A DNA stretch of 64,000 nucleotides from Sphingomicrobium sp. Its GTDB lineage: Bacteria; Pseudomonadota; Alphaproteobacteria; Sphingomonadales; Sphingomonadaceae. Of the stretch, positions 10,284 through 22,359 are shown one piece after another. A program made the translations under genes and the position numbers. Every line of letters begins with the position of its first letter. Position 1 is the stretch's first letter. Where the stretch lies: contig JBJMUB010000090.1 of the NCBI GenBank assembly GCA_045811385.1, forward strand, positions 437 through 64,436, read 5' to 3'. The notes under the pieces are model-generated. The model was not told the origin of the DNA. It saw only the letters and a program-made list of their open reading frames with translations, and searched no databases.

Positions 10284-11405
10284 TCAGCCGCCGATCGCGT
10301 CGCGGATCCGACTGAAAAAACCCTTCGCCGCCGGGCATTCCTCGCCCGTCTCGGTCTCGCGGAATTCCTCGAGCAGTTTCTTCTGCCTGGCGCTCATCCT
10401 GGTCGGCGTTTCGACCAGGATCCGGGCGACGAGGTCGCCGCGCCCGCGCCCATTCAACACGCTCATGCCCGAGCCGCGATGGCGCAGCTGCTCGCCGGAC
10501 TGGACCCCGGCGGGAATCTTGATCTCGACCTTGTTGCCGTCGACTCCGGGGAGGTTGATCGAACCACCGAGCGCGGCCGTGGTGAAGCTGATCGGAACGT
10601 CCGCAACCAGGGTCGTCCCCTCGCGCGCAAAGATCGGGTGCCGCTTCATGTGGACGAACAAGTAGAGATCGCCGCTGACGGCACCGCGGACGCCGGCTTC
10701 GCCCTCGCCGGCGACGCGGATTCGTGTCCCTTCGTCGACTCCCGGCGGGATTTTCACCGATAACGAACGCTGCGCCAGGGTGCGGCCCTCGCCGTGGCAC
10801 GTGTCGCACGGATCGGTAATCACTTCGCCCGATCCGCGGCACGTCGGACAACCGCGTTCGACGACGAAAAAGCCTTGCTGGGCGCGGACCTTGCCCATTC
10901 CGCCGCAGGTCCCGCAGGCGCGCGCGCAATGGTCGGACTTGGTGCAGCCGCGCCCATGGCAGGTTTCGCACCGCGCGTTGGCTTCGACGGTGACGGTCTT
11001 TTCGACGCCGGTGAACGCTTCCTCGAGGCTCAGCTCGAGGTCGTAGCGCAGATCGGCGCCGCGCGCGGCATTCTGGCGGGCGCCGCGCGGGTCCATGAAT
11101 TCGCCGAAAATCGTCGAGAAAATGTCGGAGAAGCCCTCGAATCCGCCGGCTCCGAATGGATCCTGGCCGCCCCCACCATTCTGGAAGGCGGCCTTGCCGA
11201 ACCGGTCGTAAGCCGCGCGCTTCTGCGGGTCCTTGAGCACGTCATAGGCCTCGTTGATGGCCTTGAAGCGCGCCTCCGATTCCTTGCAGCCGTTCTTGCG
11301 GTCGGGGTGATGTTCCTTGGCGAGCCGGCGATAGGCGGCCTTGATCGCCGCCTCGTCAGCGCCCTTTCCCACACCCAAAAGCTCGTAATAGTCCTGCTCG
11401 ACCAT
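10284..11405 (-). CDS. dnaJ: Chaperone DnaJ
   Basis: J domain with HPD, four CxxCxGxG repeats, downstream of dnaK. Confidence 0.97.
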   Translation of the reverse strand: MVEQDYYELLGVGKGADEAAIKAAYRRLAKEHHPDRKNGCKESEARFKAINEAYDVLKDPQKRAAYDRFGKAAFQNGGGGQDPFGAGGFEGFSDIFSTIFGEFMDPRGARQNAARGADLRYDLELSLEEAFTGVEKTVTVEANARCETCHGRGCTKSDHCARACGTCGGMGKVRAQQGFFVVERGCPTCRGSGEVITDPCDTCHGEGRTLAQRSLSVKIPPGVDEGTRIRVAGEGEAGVRGAVSGDLYLFVHMKRHPIFAREGTTLVADVPISFTTAALGGSINLPGVDGNKVEIKIPAGVQSGEQLRHRGSGMSVLNGRGRGDLVARILVETPTRMSARQKKLLEEFRETETGEECPAAKGFFSRIRDAIGG

Positions 11406-11469
11406 CACGCCTCCCCGCTACGCCTACTGATGGCGCCGGCCCTTCCCCGAGCTCGGCGCCACCCCACCA

Positions 11470-13413
<1,944 letters not shown>

Positions 13414-13487
13414 GTGTTTCGTCCCTCTCTAATGCCCCTCGCCGACTGCGTTCCCGCAGCCGCCGTTACCGTTGAATTTCGGAGGCG

Positions 13488-13515
13488 ATATAGGTGGCGA
13501 AATGAGGCCGACAAG
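13488..13515 (-). promoter_or_regulatory. RpoH (sigma32) promoter of dnaK
   Basis: Minus strand CTTG-N17-CCTATAT, the alphaproteobacterial heat-shock consensus, about 75 nt upstream of dnaK. Confidence 0.85.
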
Positions 13516-13573
13516 GCTGCCATCCGCTTCCGGCGCCGACGAATTCTTCAGACTTTTGTGCAAGTCCGCGCTC

Positions 13574-14770
13574 ATGAGGGCGATTGCAACCGGCAGCTGG
13601 CTTGGCGCCGATCGCGTCCGGGCGGTCGCGCTGATCAGCGGGATCATCGGCATCGCGATGCTCGGTTACCTGCTGTTCGGCGGCACGGGGACCGTCGATC
13701 CGTTCGGCCAGCCGATCGGGTCCGACTTTACCGCTTTCTATCATGCCGGGCGGCTGGCCAACGCCGGCCACGCGGCTGCGGCTTATGATCCCGTAATCCT
13801 CAACCACGGCGTTCGAGCGACCCATGGCGTCGATTATTCGATGGCCTGGGTCTATCCGCCCACATTCTTCCTGATCGCCAGCCCGCTCGCGCTCCTGCCG
13901 TATCTGCCGGCGCTGCTCCTGTGGCAGACATTGAGCCTGGCGGCGATGGCGCTGGTGCTCAAAGCCATTCTCAATGAGCGGCTCGCGCTGCTGGTCGCAC
14001 TCGCCTCACCGCTCACTCCGCTGGTCCTCGCCGGCGGCCAGAACGCCTTCCTGTCGGCGGCGTTGCTGGGATCGGGGCTGCTCATGCTCGATCGCCGGCC
14101 GACGGCTGCCGGGGGCGTGTTCGGTCTGCTCACCTACAAGCCGCAGCTCGGCCTGGGAATCGCGCCGCTGCTGCTGGTTCAGCGCAACTGGCGGGCAATC
14201 GCCGCGGCAGCAGGCGCGACGGCTGCGCTCATCGGCATATCCTCGCTGCTGTCGGGCGTTTCGAGCTGGACGGCCTTCCCCGAAGGACTGGCCAACGGCC
14301 GAACGTGGATGGAGCAGGGAACCTCGACCTTCTACAAGAGTGCCAGCCTGTTCTCGGCCGCGCGCCTGTGGGGCGGATCGATCGCCGCCGGCTATGCCGT
14401 CCAGGCCATCGGACTGCTGCTTGGCTTGTTCACCGTCTGCCGGACGGCCAAGGCGCCCCCGGCGATCCGCAATGCGGGGGTGTGCGCTGCCGTGGCGCTG
14501 TCGACGCCCTATCTGATGGACTATGACATGGCGACGGTCGGCCTCGGTGCGGGATTCCTCTATGCCGAAGGATCCCGAAGCGGTTTCCGCGCTCATGAGC
14601 GCAGCGTCATCGCGCTCATCTGGCTCGCGCCGTGGTTCAGCCGGCCGCTCGCGCAATATCTGCTCTTGCCGCTGGGGCCGATCGCGATCTTGTTGCTCAC
14701 CGCGCTCGTGATGCGCAGGTCGGTCAGTACATCGCCATCCCACCATTCACGTGAAGCGTTTGCCCGGTGA
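13574..14770 (+). CDS. Glycosyltransferase family 87 (DUF2029) membrane protein
   Basis: GSDFTAFY, WVYPPTF, GQN, KPQLG, PYLMDYD; many TM segments. Confidence 0.85.
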   Translation: MRAIATGSWLGADRVRAVALISGIIGIAMLGYLLFGGTGTVDPFGQPIGSDFTAFYHAGRLANAGHAAAAYDPVILNHGVRATHGVDYSMAWVYPPTFFLIASPLALLPYLPALLLWQTLSLAAMALVLKAILNERLALLVALASPLTPLVLAGGQNAFLSAALLGSGLLMLDRRPTAAGGVFGLLTYKPQLGLGIAPLLLVQRNWRAIAAAAGATAALIGISSLLSGVSSWTAFPEGLANGRTWMEQGTSTFYKSASLFSAARLWGGSIAAGYAVQAIGLLLGLFTVCRTAKAPPAIRNAGVCAAVALSTPYLMDYDMATVGLGAGFLYAEGSRSGFRAHERSVIALIWLAPWFSRPLAQYLLLPLGPIAILLLTALVMRRSVSTSPSHHSREAFAR

Positions 14771-15464
14771 CATAACCGGCCTCGCGGCTGGCGAAATAAA
14801 CGCAGGCCGCGCCGATGTCGTCGCCCGTGCCCATCGCGCCCAGCGGAATGCGAGACAGGATGCTTTCGCGCTGCTGATCGTTCAGCGCATCCGTCATCGC
14901 CGACGTCATGAAGCCGGGCGCGATCGCGTTCACGGTGATGCCGCGGCTGGCGAGTTCCTGAGCGACCGACTTGGTCATCCCGATGAGGCCCGCTTTCGAC
15001 GCGACATAATTGGCCTGGCCTGGGTTGCCGGTGACCGCGACCACGGAAGTAATCGAGATGATCCGCCCGAAGCGCGCCTTCATCATCGGCCGCGCCGCGG
15101 CGCGCATCAGCCGGAACGCGGCTTCGAGGTTGATCCGGATGACCTCCGCGAACTCCTCGTCCTTCATCCGCATCAGCAAATTGTCGCGGGTCACGCCGGC
15201 ATTATTGACGAGGATGTCGAGCTTGCCGCCGAGCGCCTCGACCGCCTGAGGCACGAGCTGGTCGACCGCGTCGCCCTCGCCGAGATTGCACGGCAGCGCG
15301 ACATGATCGCCGCCTAGCGTTCCGCGGAAGCTTTCCAGCTTCTCGACATTGCTGCCCGACACGGCGAGCCGCGCCCCCTGCCCCGCTAGGGCCTTGGCAA
15401 TGGCGCTGCCAAGGCCGCCCGAAGCGCCGGTCACCAGCGCTGTCATTCCCGTGAGGTCGAACAT
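14724..15464 (-). CDS. fabG: 3-oxoacyl-ACP reductase
   Basis: TGASGGLG, NNAGVTRD, YVASK; coupled to fabD. Confidence 0.95.
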   Translation of the reverse strand: MFDLTGMTALVTGASGGLGSAIAKALAGQGARLAVSGSNVEKLESFRGTLGGDHVALPCNLGEGDAVDQLVPQAVEALGGKLDILVNNAGVTRDNLLMRMKDEEFAEVIRINLEAAFRLMRAAARPMMKARFGRIISITSVVAVTGNPGQANYVASKAGLIGMTKSVAQELASRGITVNAIAPGFMTSAMTDALNDQQRESILSRIPLGAMGTGDDIGAACVYFASREAGYVTGQTLHVNGGMAMY

Positions 15465-16387
15465 CACAGCTCCTTCGCCAGCGCTTCGACGTCCTCGATC
15501 GTCACCACGCTCGTCACCTTCGCGTCGGGCGCGATGCGCTTGACCATTCCGCCGAGGACCTTGCCGCCCAATTCAACGAAATCCTCAACCCCCGCCGCGG
15601 CCATGTTCGAGACGCTCTCGCGCCAGCGGACCATGCCGGTGACCTGCTCGACCAGCTGGTTGCGGATCGTGTCCGGATCGGTCGCCGGCTGCGCGGTGAC
15701 GTTGGCATAGAGCGGAACGACCGGAGCATCGAGCACGACGTAGCCCAGCGCGTCGGCCATCGCGTCGGCCGCCGGTTGCATCAGCGGACAGTGGAACGGG
15801 GCCGATACGGGCAGCGGCAGGGCGCGTTTGGCGCCCATCTCCTTCGCCAGCTCGATTGCGCGATCGATCGCGCCCTTGTGGCCGGAGATTACGACCTGCG
15901 TCGGGTCGTTGTCGTTGGCGACGCTGCACACCTCGCCCTGAGCTGCAGCATCCGCAATCTTCTGCGCAAGCGCGAGATCGGCACCGAGCAAGGCCGCCAT
16001 CGCGCCCTGCCCCACCGGCACCGCCCGCTGCATCGCCTGGCCGCGCAGCTTCAGCAATTTGGCCGTTGTCGGTACGTCGAACGAGCCTGCGGCGCACAGG
16101 GCCGAATATTCTCCGAGGCTGTGGCCGGCGACGAAGTTCGCCACGTCGGCGAGTTGCACACCGAGCGTCCGCAAGACCGCGATCGAATGCGCCATGATCG
16201 CGGGCTGCGCATTCTCGGTCAGCTTGAGCTCGTCGTCAGGGCCGTCGCGCATCAGCCGGAACAGGTTCTGGCCGAGCGCTTCGTCGACCTCGGCGAATAC
16301 GTCCGCGGCGCCCCGGCTCGCCCCGGCGAGCGCCGCGCCCATGCCGACGGCCTGGCTGCCCTGCCCCGGAAAAAGGAATGCGCGCAT
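15464..16387 (-). CDS. fabD: Malonyl-CoA:ACP transacylase
   Basis: FPGQGSQ, GHSLGEY, VSAPFH. Confidence 0.96.
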   Translation of the reverse strand: MRAFLFPGQGSQAVGMGAALAGASRGAADVFAEVDEALGQNLFRLMRDGPDDELKLTENAQPAIMAHSIAVLRTLGVQLADVANFVAGHSLGEYSALCAAGSFDVPTTAKLLKLRGQAMQRAVPVGQGAMAALLGADLALAQKIADAAAQGEVCSVANDNDPTQVVISGHKGAIDRAIELAKEMGAKRALPLPVSAPFHCPLMQPAADAMADALGYVVLDAPVVPLYANVTAQPATDPDTIRNQLVEQVTGMVRWRESVSNMAAAGVEDFVELGGKVLGGMVKRIAPDAKVTSVVTIEDVEALAKEL

Positions 16388-16458
16388 CTTCGCCCCTGCT
16401 ATGAACCGTCGGGGCGACTAGGCCGACCAATGGCGAATGCCAAGGCTGGAGGGATTGC

Positions 16459-17760
16459 ATGAGCGACAAGCGCGAAGCCCGGCTGCTCGGGCCGTGGCTC
16501 ACCCTCGGACTGGTCGTCGGCGGGGTGATCGGCTCGGGCGTCTTCCTGCTGCCGGTCTCGCTTGCTCCGCTCGGCGCGAGCGTCCCGATCGGCTGGCTGA
16601 TCAGCGGCATCGGCGTGATGGCGATGGCCTATTGCGCCTCGCGCATCGTCAGTCCCGACGGCGGCGGACTGCAGACCTATGTCGAGAACGAGCTCGGCCC
16701 GGTCGCCGGTTTCCTGGTGACGTGGATGGTGTGGAATTCCTCGTGGATCGGGGTCCCGGCGATGGCGCTCGCGTCGACTGCGGCACTGGCGCGGATTTTC
16801 CCGGGGCTGGAGCCCTACGTCATCCACCTGTCGCTCTCGTTCATGGTCGCCGTGACCCTGGTCAACCTTCGCGGCATCAAGGCGGCGGGAGAGCTCAACT
16901 TCGTCACCGTGCTGATCAAGATCCTGCCGCTCGTCGCGGTGGTCGTTATCGCGGCCATGCTCGGGGCGAGCGGAGCACCCCTCCAGCGGATCGATGTTCC
17001 GGCGCCGTCGCTGTCCAACATCGCAACAGCTTCGGCGCTGTGCCTGTTCGCACTCACCGGTTTCGAATTCGCCGTATCGCCGGTGGGCAAGATCCGCGAT
17101 CCGGAGCGCAATTTGCCCCGCGCCCTGGTCATGGGCCTGGCGACGATCGCAGTCGCTTATCTCGTGGCCACTCTGGCACTGAGCCTGATCCTGCCCAACG
17201 CGACCATCGCCAAGGCGATCGCGCCCTTCCCCGACGCCATCGGACTCTACTGGGGCGAGGGAGCGGCGAAATTCGCCGCGCTCGCGATCGCGATCAGCGC
17301 GTTCGGCACGCTCAACGTCGCTTTGCTCGGCTGCGGCGAGATGTTCTATTCGATGGGCTTGCGCGGCGACGTACCGCGTCTGTTCAGCGCAACCAACCGG
17401 TTCAACGCTCCTTACGCCGCCCAGCTCGCCAACGCCGCGCTCGGCTGCATCCTGCTCGTGCTGAATGCGAGGCAGGGGACGGCGCAGCTGTTCGCCTTCA
17501 TTTCGGTGCTCGCGGCCGATGCCGTTCTTTATCTTTATTCGGCCGCGGCGATCGCCGCGGCGATCAAGGACCGCAAGCCGCTGACGACTTTCGCTTGCGC
17601 CATCGGTCTCGCCTTCGTCGTCTTCGCCTTTTACGGCTCGGGCTGGCAGTCGTTCAAGCTGTCGCTCTACCTGCTGGTAGCGGGCGGAATCGTCTTCCTG
17701 ATCAGGAAGCCGTGGACCACCCCGGCGCCGGTGGTTGTGGCAGGCGAGCCTGTGGAATGA
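16459..17760 (+). CDS. APC family amino acid/polyamine permease
   Basis: IGSGVFLLP in TM1, ALTGFE, about 12 TMs. Confidence 0.9.
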   Translation: MSDKREARLLGPWLTLGLVVGGVIGSGVFLLPVSLAPLGASVPIGWLISGIGVMAMAYCASRIVSPDGGGLQTYVENELGPVAGFLVTWMVWNSSWIGVPAMALASTAALARIFPGLEPYVIHLSLSFMVAVTLVNLRGIKAAGELNFVTVLIKILPLVAVVVIAAMLGASGAPLQRIDVPAPSLSNIATASALCLFALTGFEFAVSPVGKIRDPERNLPRALVMGLATIAVAYLVATLALSLILPNATIAKAIAPFPDAIGLYWGEGAAKFAALAIAISAFGTLNVALLGCGEMFYSMGLRGDVPRLFSATNRFNAPYAAQLANAALGCILLVLNARQGTAQLFAFISVLAADAVLYLYSAAAIAAAIKDRKPLTTFACAIGLAFVVFAFYGSGWQSFKLSLYLLVAGGIVFLIRKPWTTPAPVVVAGEPVE

Positions 17761-18871
17761 GCTTGCGCAGCTTCTTCGCGAAGCTGCGGAGCGACACCTC
17801 GCTGATGCCGAGCGGGCCCGGTTCGTAGCTCGCCGATTGCATGCCGAGCTGAACCCGGGTGATCAGGTCGGTGTCCTCGGCGTTGACGCGCCGGTTGATC
17901 CGCCAATTGAGGTAGCGCGCTGCCCTCATCTCGCGCCGATCATCCGGGAGCGCATAGCTGATTTCGCGAATGACACTGGTCGTCGCCGTCACCGGAAGCC
18001 ACTGCATGAAGTCGACCTGGTCCGGGTAGATGTCGAACGCGACGCACGGAAACAGCTTGAAATAGAGCCATTTGCGCCGGTGCGTCGCCGGCAGGTGATC
18101 GGCCGTCGGCAGATACTTTTGATAGGCCCGTTCCGAAGGATTCGGGGATTGGTCGTTGCGCAGCTCCCCTTCCATCCGATCGACCCATTCCCTGGCCTCG
18201 ACGCCGTAGCTCTTGCCGAACAGCCGGGTCAGGCCGGGATGGCCGACCGGGATGTGCAGGTGATCGGAATAATTGTCGGCGATCGTCTTCCAGTTGAGCT
18301 CGCGCGGCCGAAGCGTCAGCCGGCCGATCGCCCGCAGAGCCTCGAAGCGGTACGGGGCGACCTCATCGTCGTAGGGCGCCATCATCTCGCCGACCGACGG
18401 CAGTCCGTCCTCGAGCCGGACGAACAGAAAACCGCGCCAATTCTCCAAGGCAACCGGCTTCAGGCCGAGCCTCTCGGTCTTCAGGCCGGGATATTCCTGG
18501 CGGTGCATGACCCCGACCAAGCGACCGTCGCGCGCGTAGCTCCAGGCGTGATAGGGGCAGGTCAGGACCTTGGCGCAGCCGCCGGTCCCGTCGACCAGCC
18601 GCGAGCCGCGATGGCGGCAGACGTTGGCAAAGGCCCGCACCTGCGCGTCGTCGCCGCGGATCACGATCACGCTCTCGCCGAGATATTCGAGGCTGCGCCA
18701 GTCGCCGGGCTCGGCGATCTCGCTTTCATGGCATACAACCTGCGGCGCCGCACGCAGGAATGCCCGCTTCTCGGCCTCGAAGAATTCGGGATCGTGATAG
18801 AGCCAGCCGGGCAGGCTCATATCGTCCAGCGGGTCGGCCGACGGCCTGACCGATTTCAGCTGCGTCGCCAT
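17702..18871 (-). CDS. Rieske non-heme iron oxygenase alpha subunit (choline/carnitine monooxygenase-like)
   Basis: CRHRG...CPYHAW Rieske ligands; NWK...DHLHIPVGH iron site; AED. Confidence 0.9.
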   Translation of the reverse strand: MATQLKSVRPSADPLDDMSLPGWLYHDPEFFEAEKRAFLRAAPQVVCHESEIAEPGDWRSLEYLGESVIVIRGDDAQVRAFANVCRHRGSRLVDGTGGCAKVLTCPYHAWSYARDGRLVGVMHRQEYPGLKTERLGLKPVALENWRGFLFVRLEDGLPSVGEMMAPYDDEVAPYRFEALRAIGRLTLRPRELNWKTIADNYSDHLHIPVGHPGLTRLFGKSYGVEAREWVDRMEGELRNDQSPNPSERAYQKYLPTADHLPATHRRKWLYFKLFPCVAFDIYPDQVDFMQWLPVTATTSVIREISYALPDDRREMRAARYLNWRINRRVNAEDTDLITRVQLGMQSASYEPGPLGISEVSLRSFAKKLRKLIPQARLPQPPAPGWSTAS

Positions 18872-18922
18872 GGCCGGCATGTGCCACGGCGATGCGGATC
18901 CAAGCAACGAAAATGACAGTTC

Positions 18923-19402
18923 TTATGCGGCGTCGCTGCAGAGCTCGTCGATCACCCGTTCGTGGAGGCCGCCGCCTTCAGCGCCCGCAAGCTCGGCCTC
19001 GGCGACGCTGGTCGTGACGTCCGCGCCGCGCCCGAGCAGCAGGTGGACGGGGCAACGCTCGGCGATGGCGAGGAGCTTGGCGCGCTGCTCCTCGGTCACC
19101 TGCTCGAAGTGGATCGTCCGTTCGAACTGGTCGCGCGCTTCGGGGGACACTTTGCGGTGCGCCACTCGGACGCTGAGCCCGTCGACCACCCATCCCTTGC
19201 GCTCGGCGTAGAGCCGCATGGTCATCAGCGTGCAGGCGCCGAGAGACGCGCCGAGCATGTCGAACGGGCTCGGTCCGGAGGACAGGCCGCCGTAATCGAC
19301 CGGCTCATCCATCAGAAAGCTGTGTTCGCCAGTCTCGACCCGAACCTGGAACTTGCCGCCCGCTGTGGCCCTAGCCACGACCGCGTCTTCGACGATAACC
19401 AT
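18923..19402 (-). CDS. OsmC family protein
   Basis: DEP..GG..GPSP, LGACT and CPVH cysteines; start moved to 19402. Confidence 0.88.
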   Translation of the reverse strand: MVIVEDAVVARATAGGKFQVRVETGEHSFLMDEPVDYGGLSSGPSPFDMLGASLGACTLMTMRLYAERKGWVVDGLSVRVAHRKVSPEARDQFERTIHFEQVTEEQRAKLLAIAERCPVHLLLGRGADVTTSVAEAELAGAEGGGLHERVIDELCSDAA

Positions 19403-19464
19403 CAGCGCCTCCGCTGCGGTCCTTCCCGCATCTTGTCCGGCCGTGACAAGCCTTTTGTCTCGCC

Positions 19465-19602
19465 TTGCTTTTTCGACGGTCTTTCGCCATAGGCGCCCCG
19501 CTGGCGCGGAGCTCGGCTCTCGCGCCTGTAACTTTTTTGAACGACAGCCGGAGGGGCGTCGCATCGGGCGGCGTCAACGATCGGCCAACATGGAAGATAA
19601 AC
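19465..19602 (+). promoter_or_regulatory. rpsF promoter and structured leader (possible S6:S18-binding leader)
   Basis: TTGCTT-N17-CATAGG at 19465-19493; leader hairpins GGCGCGGAGC/GCTCTCGCGCC and GGCGTCGC/GCGGCGTC; the leader function is inferred. Confidence 0.4.
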
Positions 19603-20016
19603 ATGCCGCTCTACGAGCATGTTTTCCTCGCGCGTCAGGACCTCGCCCAGGCCCAGGTCGACACGCTTGCGGAAAACGCCACCAAGATCATCACCGACAA
19701 TGGCGGAACGATCGCCAAGACCGAGACCTGGGGTCTACGGTCGCTGGCCTACCGCATCGCCAAGAACCGCAAGGCGCACTATGTCGCGCTCGACATCGAC
19801 GCTCCGGCTGCAGCCATCGCCGAGCTCGAGCGCCAGTCGAACATCAACGAGGACATCATCCGGTTCCTCACCATCCGCGTCGACGAGCACGAGAAGGGCC
19901 CGTCGGCGATGATGCGCCGCGGCGACAAGGACCGTGGCGACCGCGGCGACCGTGGCGGCCGCGGCGATCGCGACGACCGCCCGAGCTTCCGCGCCCGTGA
20001 AGAGGAGGTCGAATAA
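19603..20016 (+). CDS. rpsF: 30S ribosomal protein S6
   Basis: [23 protein letters not shown]. Confidence 0.97.
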   Translation: MPLYEHVFLARQDLAQAQVDTLAENATKIITDNGGTIAKTETWGLRSLAYRIAKNRKAHYVALDIDAPAAAIAELERQSNINEDIIRFLTIRVDEHEKGPSAMMRRGDKDRGDRGDRGGRGDRDDRPSFRAREEEVE

Positions 20017-20240
20017 TGGCCCGCGCTTTCTTCCGTCGCCGCAAGAGCTGCCCCTTCTCCGGGAAGGATGCTCCGAGGATCGATTACAAAGACGTCCGCC
20101 TGCTCCAGGGCTTCATCTCGGAGCGCGGCAAGATCGTCCCGTCGCGGATCACCGCGGTGTCCTCCAAGAAGCAGCGTGAGCTCGCGCGCGCCATCAAGCG
20201 CTCGCGTCACATTGGCCTGCTTCCCTACGTCGTGAAGTAA
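20016..20240 (+). CDS. rpsR: 30S ribosomal protein S18
   Basis: [21 protein letters not shown]. Confidence 0.97.
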   Translation: MARAFFRRRKSCPFSGKDAPRIDYKDVRLLQGFISERGKIVPSRITAVSSKKQRELARAIKRSRHIGLLPYVVK

Positions 20241-20251
20241 GGAGACATTGT

Positions 20252-20881
20252 ATGGAAGTCATCCTGCTTGAGCGCGTCGAGAAATTGGGCGCCATCGGCG
20301 ATGTGGTGAAGGTCAAGAACGGCTTCGCCCGCAACTACCTGTTGCCGAACAAGAAGGCGCTCCGCGCCAACGACGCCAACCGCAAGCTGTTCGAAGCGAA
20401 CCGCGCGCGGATCGAGAAAGACAATGAGGAGAAGCGCGGCGACGCCGAGAAGGCCTCGAAGAGTGTCGAGGGCAAGAGCGTCAAGCTGATCCGCCAGGCT
20501 TCGAACGTCGGCCATCTCTACGGATCGGTCAGCGCCCGCGATATCGCCGAAGCGCTCGAGGGCGTCGGCGCCAAGGTCGCCAAGAGCCAGGTCGTGCTCG
20601 ACCGCCCGATCAAGGCGATCGGCGTGCATGAAGTGAAGGTCGCGCTTCATCCCGAGGTTGCGGTGACGGTCAAGGTCAACGTCGCGCGTTCGCCCGAGGA
20701 AGCCGACCTCCAGGCGCAGGGCATCGACGTCCTTCAGCAGATGTTCGAGGACGAGGCTGCGCCTTTGGCCGCCGAAGACCTTGCCCCGGTGGCGGAATCG
20801 GACGACACTGAGGCTGCCGCTCCGAACACGGCCGAAGCCGAGCCGCCGGCGGCCGAGGAAGGCGAACAGCCCGAAGGCTGA
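20252..20881 (+). CDS. rplI: 50S ribosomal protein L9
   Basis: VKVKNGFARNYLLP, LYGSV, LHPEV. Confidence 0.97.
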   Translation: MEVILLERVEKLGAIGDVVKVKNGFARNYLLPNKKALRANDANRKLFEANRARIEKDNEEKRGDAEKASKSVEGKSVKLIRQASNVGHLYGSVSARDIAEALEGVGAKVAKSQVVLDRPIKAIGVHEVKVALHPEVAVTVKVNVARSPEEADLQAQGIDVLQQMFEDEAAPLAAEDLAPVAESDDTEAAAPNTAEAEPPAAEEGEQPEG

Positions 20882-20902
20882 TCCCTCGCCTCGCTACGCG
20901 AC

Positions 20903-20946
20903 GAAGAGGCCGGTGGTTCGATCGGACCAGCGGCCTTTTTCGTTTT
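20903..20946 (+). terminator. Intrinsic terminator after rplI
   Basis: GAGGCCGGTGGTTC/GGACCAGCGGCCTT hairpin followed by a T tract. Confidence 0.75.
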
Positions 20947-20983
20947 GCGCCAAGCGGTTCGTCGCAAAGCTCGCTGAGCGCCG

Positions 20984-21009
20984 GGAACGTTGCCCGGCCC
21001 CGCCTTGTT
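20984..21009 (+). promoter_or_regulatory. EcfG/sigmaT-type general stress promoter
   Basis: GGAAC-N17-TGTT about 45 nt upstream of the 21055 ORF. Confidence 0.55.
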
Positions 21010-21054
21010 TAGCGAAATAGAGCATAGCGGGGGCCAGGTGAGGAGTATTTCGCT

Positions 21055-21576
21055 ATGGCTGACGAACGCGACGAGGATCAATTCGACACTGAGGGCAAGA
21101 GCGGCCAGCAGACGGTCGGTCAGCAGGACGAGCAAACGAAATCGCAGACTGGCGGGCAAAGTGCCACCGGCCAGGCGCAGGCCGGGTCCGGCTCGGAACC
21201 GCCACGGAGCATGGGTACGCGCGGCGGCGAATTCGGCCAGTTTGGCGACGCGACGAGCTCAGGCGGTCAGCAGGGCCAGAGCGGAACGGGTCAGTCCGAC
21301 CTCGGCACCCAGGGGGACACGACGCTAGCCGGCCGGTCCGACCAACAGGACCTCGGTCAGGATCAGCCCGGCACCACCGGCGGTGCGACCGGCGAAGGCT
21401 TTATCGGATCGCAGGGCACTGGCTCCGACGACTTGGTCGAAGGAGGCGGATCATCGGCCGAAGCGACCGGCGGTCAGGATTTCGCCAGCCAGGGCCGCGG
21501 CGCGCTCGAAGGCGAGGATGAGGACGTCGAAGGCGGCCAGGGCCGCAGCGGCGATTCCGATATCGAGCGTACGTAA
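21055..21576 (+). CDS. Acidic G/Q/S/D-rich disordered protein (hydrophilin-like)
   Basis: RBS GAGGAG, low-complexity hydrophilic sequence, own terminator. Confidence 0.75.
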   Translation: MADERDEDQFDTEGKSGQQTVGQQDEQTKSQTGGQSATGQAQAGSGSEPPRSMGTRGGEFGQFGDATSSGGQQGQSGTGQSDLGTQGDTTLAGRSDQQDLGQDQPGTTGGATGEGFIGSQGTGSDDLVEGGGSSAEATGGQDFASQGRGALEGEDEDVEGGQGRSGDSDIERT

Positions 21577-21588
21577 TCCCCCGAATTG

Positions 21589-21623
21589 AGGCGCCGCGTC
21601 CGGCCGGGCGCGGCGTCCTTTTT
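21589..21623 (+). terminator. Intrinsic terminator
   Basis: GGCGCCGCGTCC/GGGCGCGGCGTC hairpin followed by TTTTT. Confidence 0.75.
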
Positions 21624-22273
21624 CATGCTGGCTGTTTCGCCAGCATCGCCGTTTCGCGTTCGATCCACGGCGCAAAGCTCGGCCGGTCCAGGATGCGGCC
21701 GACGTAGGCCACCGTTCGCGGATAGCGGTCGGGACACACCTTGGTGCCGGTATGGCGGAAGTTCGCGAACGGACCGGCAACCGCAATGTCGGCCAGCGTC
21801 AGCGCGTCGCCGACGAGATAGCCGTCATCGCCCGGCACGGTCTTCTCGAGATAGTCGAGGATCGGCGGCAAGTCGTTCAGTTCCGCCTGGCGCGCCGCCT
21901 CTGCGTCGCCCTCACGGCCCAGGAAACGCGGGGCAACGATGCGGTTGAAGAAGATCTTCGCCCCGCAAGTCACCAGGATCGTGTCGGCGAATTCCTCGAA
22001 CCAGATCGTCCTCCCTCTGAGCTTGGGATCGCTCGGAATCAGCGTCGGTTCGGGATGTTTCGCTTCCAGATAATGGATGATCGCGCTCGAATCGGAGAGT
22101 GTGTAGTGTCCATCCCGCAGCGCCGGCATTTTGCGGAACGGGCTCGCTTCGAGATAATCCGCGGTGGGATTCGGGAAGCCCGTCGGCTGGACATCGAGCT
22201 CGATGCCCTTTTCGCCGGCATAACCCAGCACCTTGCGGACAAAGGGCGAAAGCGACGATCCGTACAAAATCAT
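21623..22273 (-). CDS. Glutathione S-transferase
   Basis: Start 22273: MILYGSSLSPFVRKV, KMPAL, DSSAI, TLADI. Confidence 0.92.
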   Translation of the reverse strand: MILYGSSLSPFVRKVLGYAGEKGIELDVQPTGFPNPTADYLEASPFRKMPALRDGHYTLSDSSAIIHYLEAKHPEPTLIPSDPKLRGRTIWFEEFADTILVTCGAKIFFNRIVAPRFLGREGDAEAARQAELNDLPPILDYLEKTVPGDDGYLVGDALTLADIAVAGPFANFRHTGTKVCPDRYPRTVAYVGRILDRPSFAPWIERETAMLAKQPA

Positions 22274-22359
22274 GGCCAATGCCTCCGTTGGAGCGGCGAG
22301 CAGCGGAGAGACCGCCGAGCTCGTCCGTTTTACAGGTCGAAACAGTAGGAGAGGACGCC

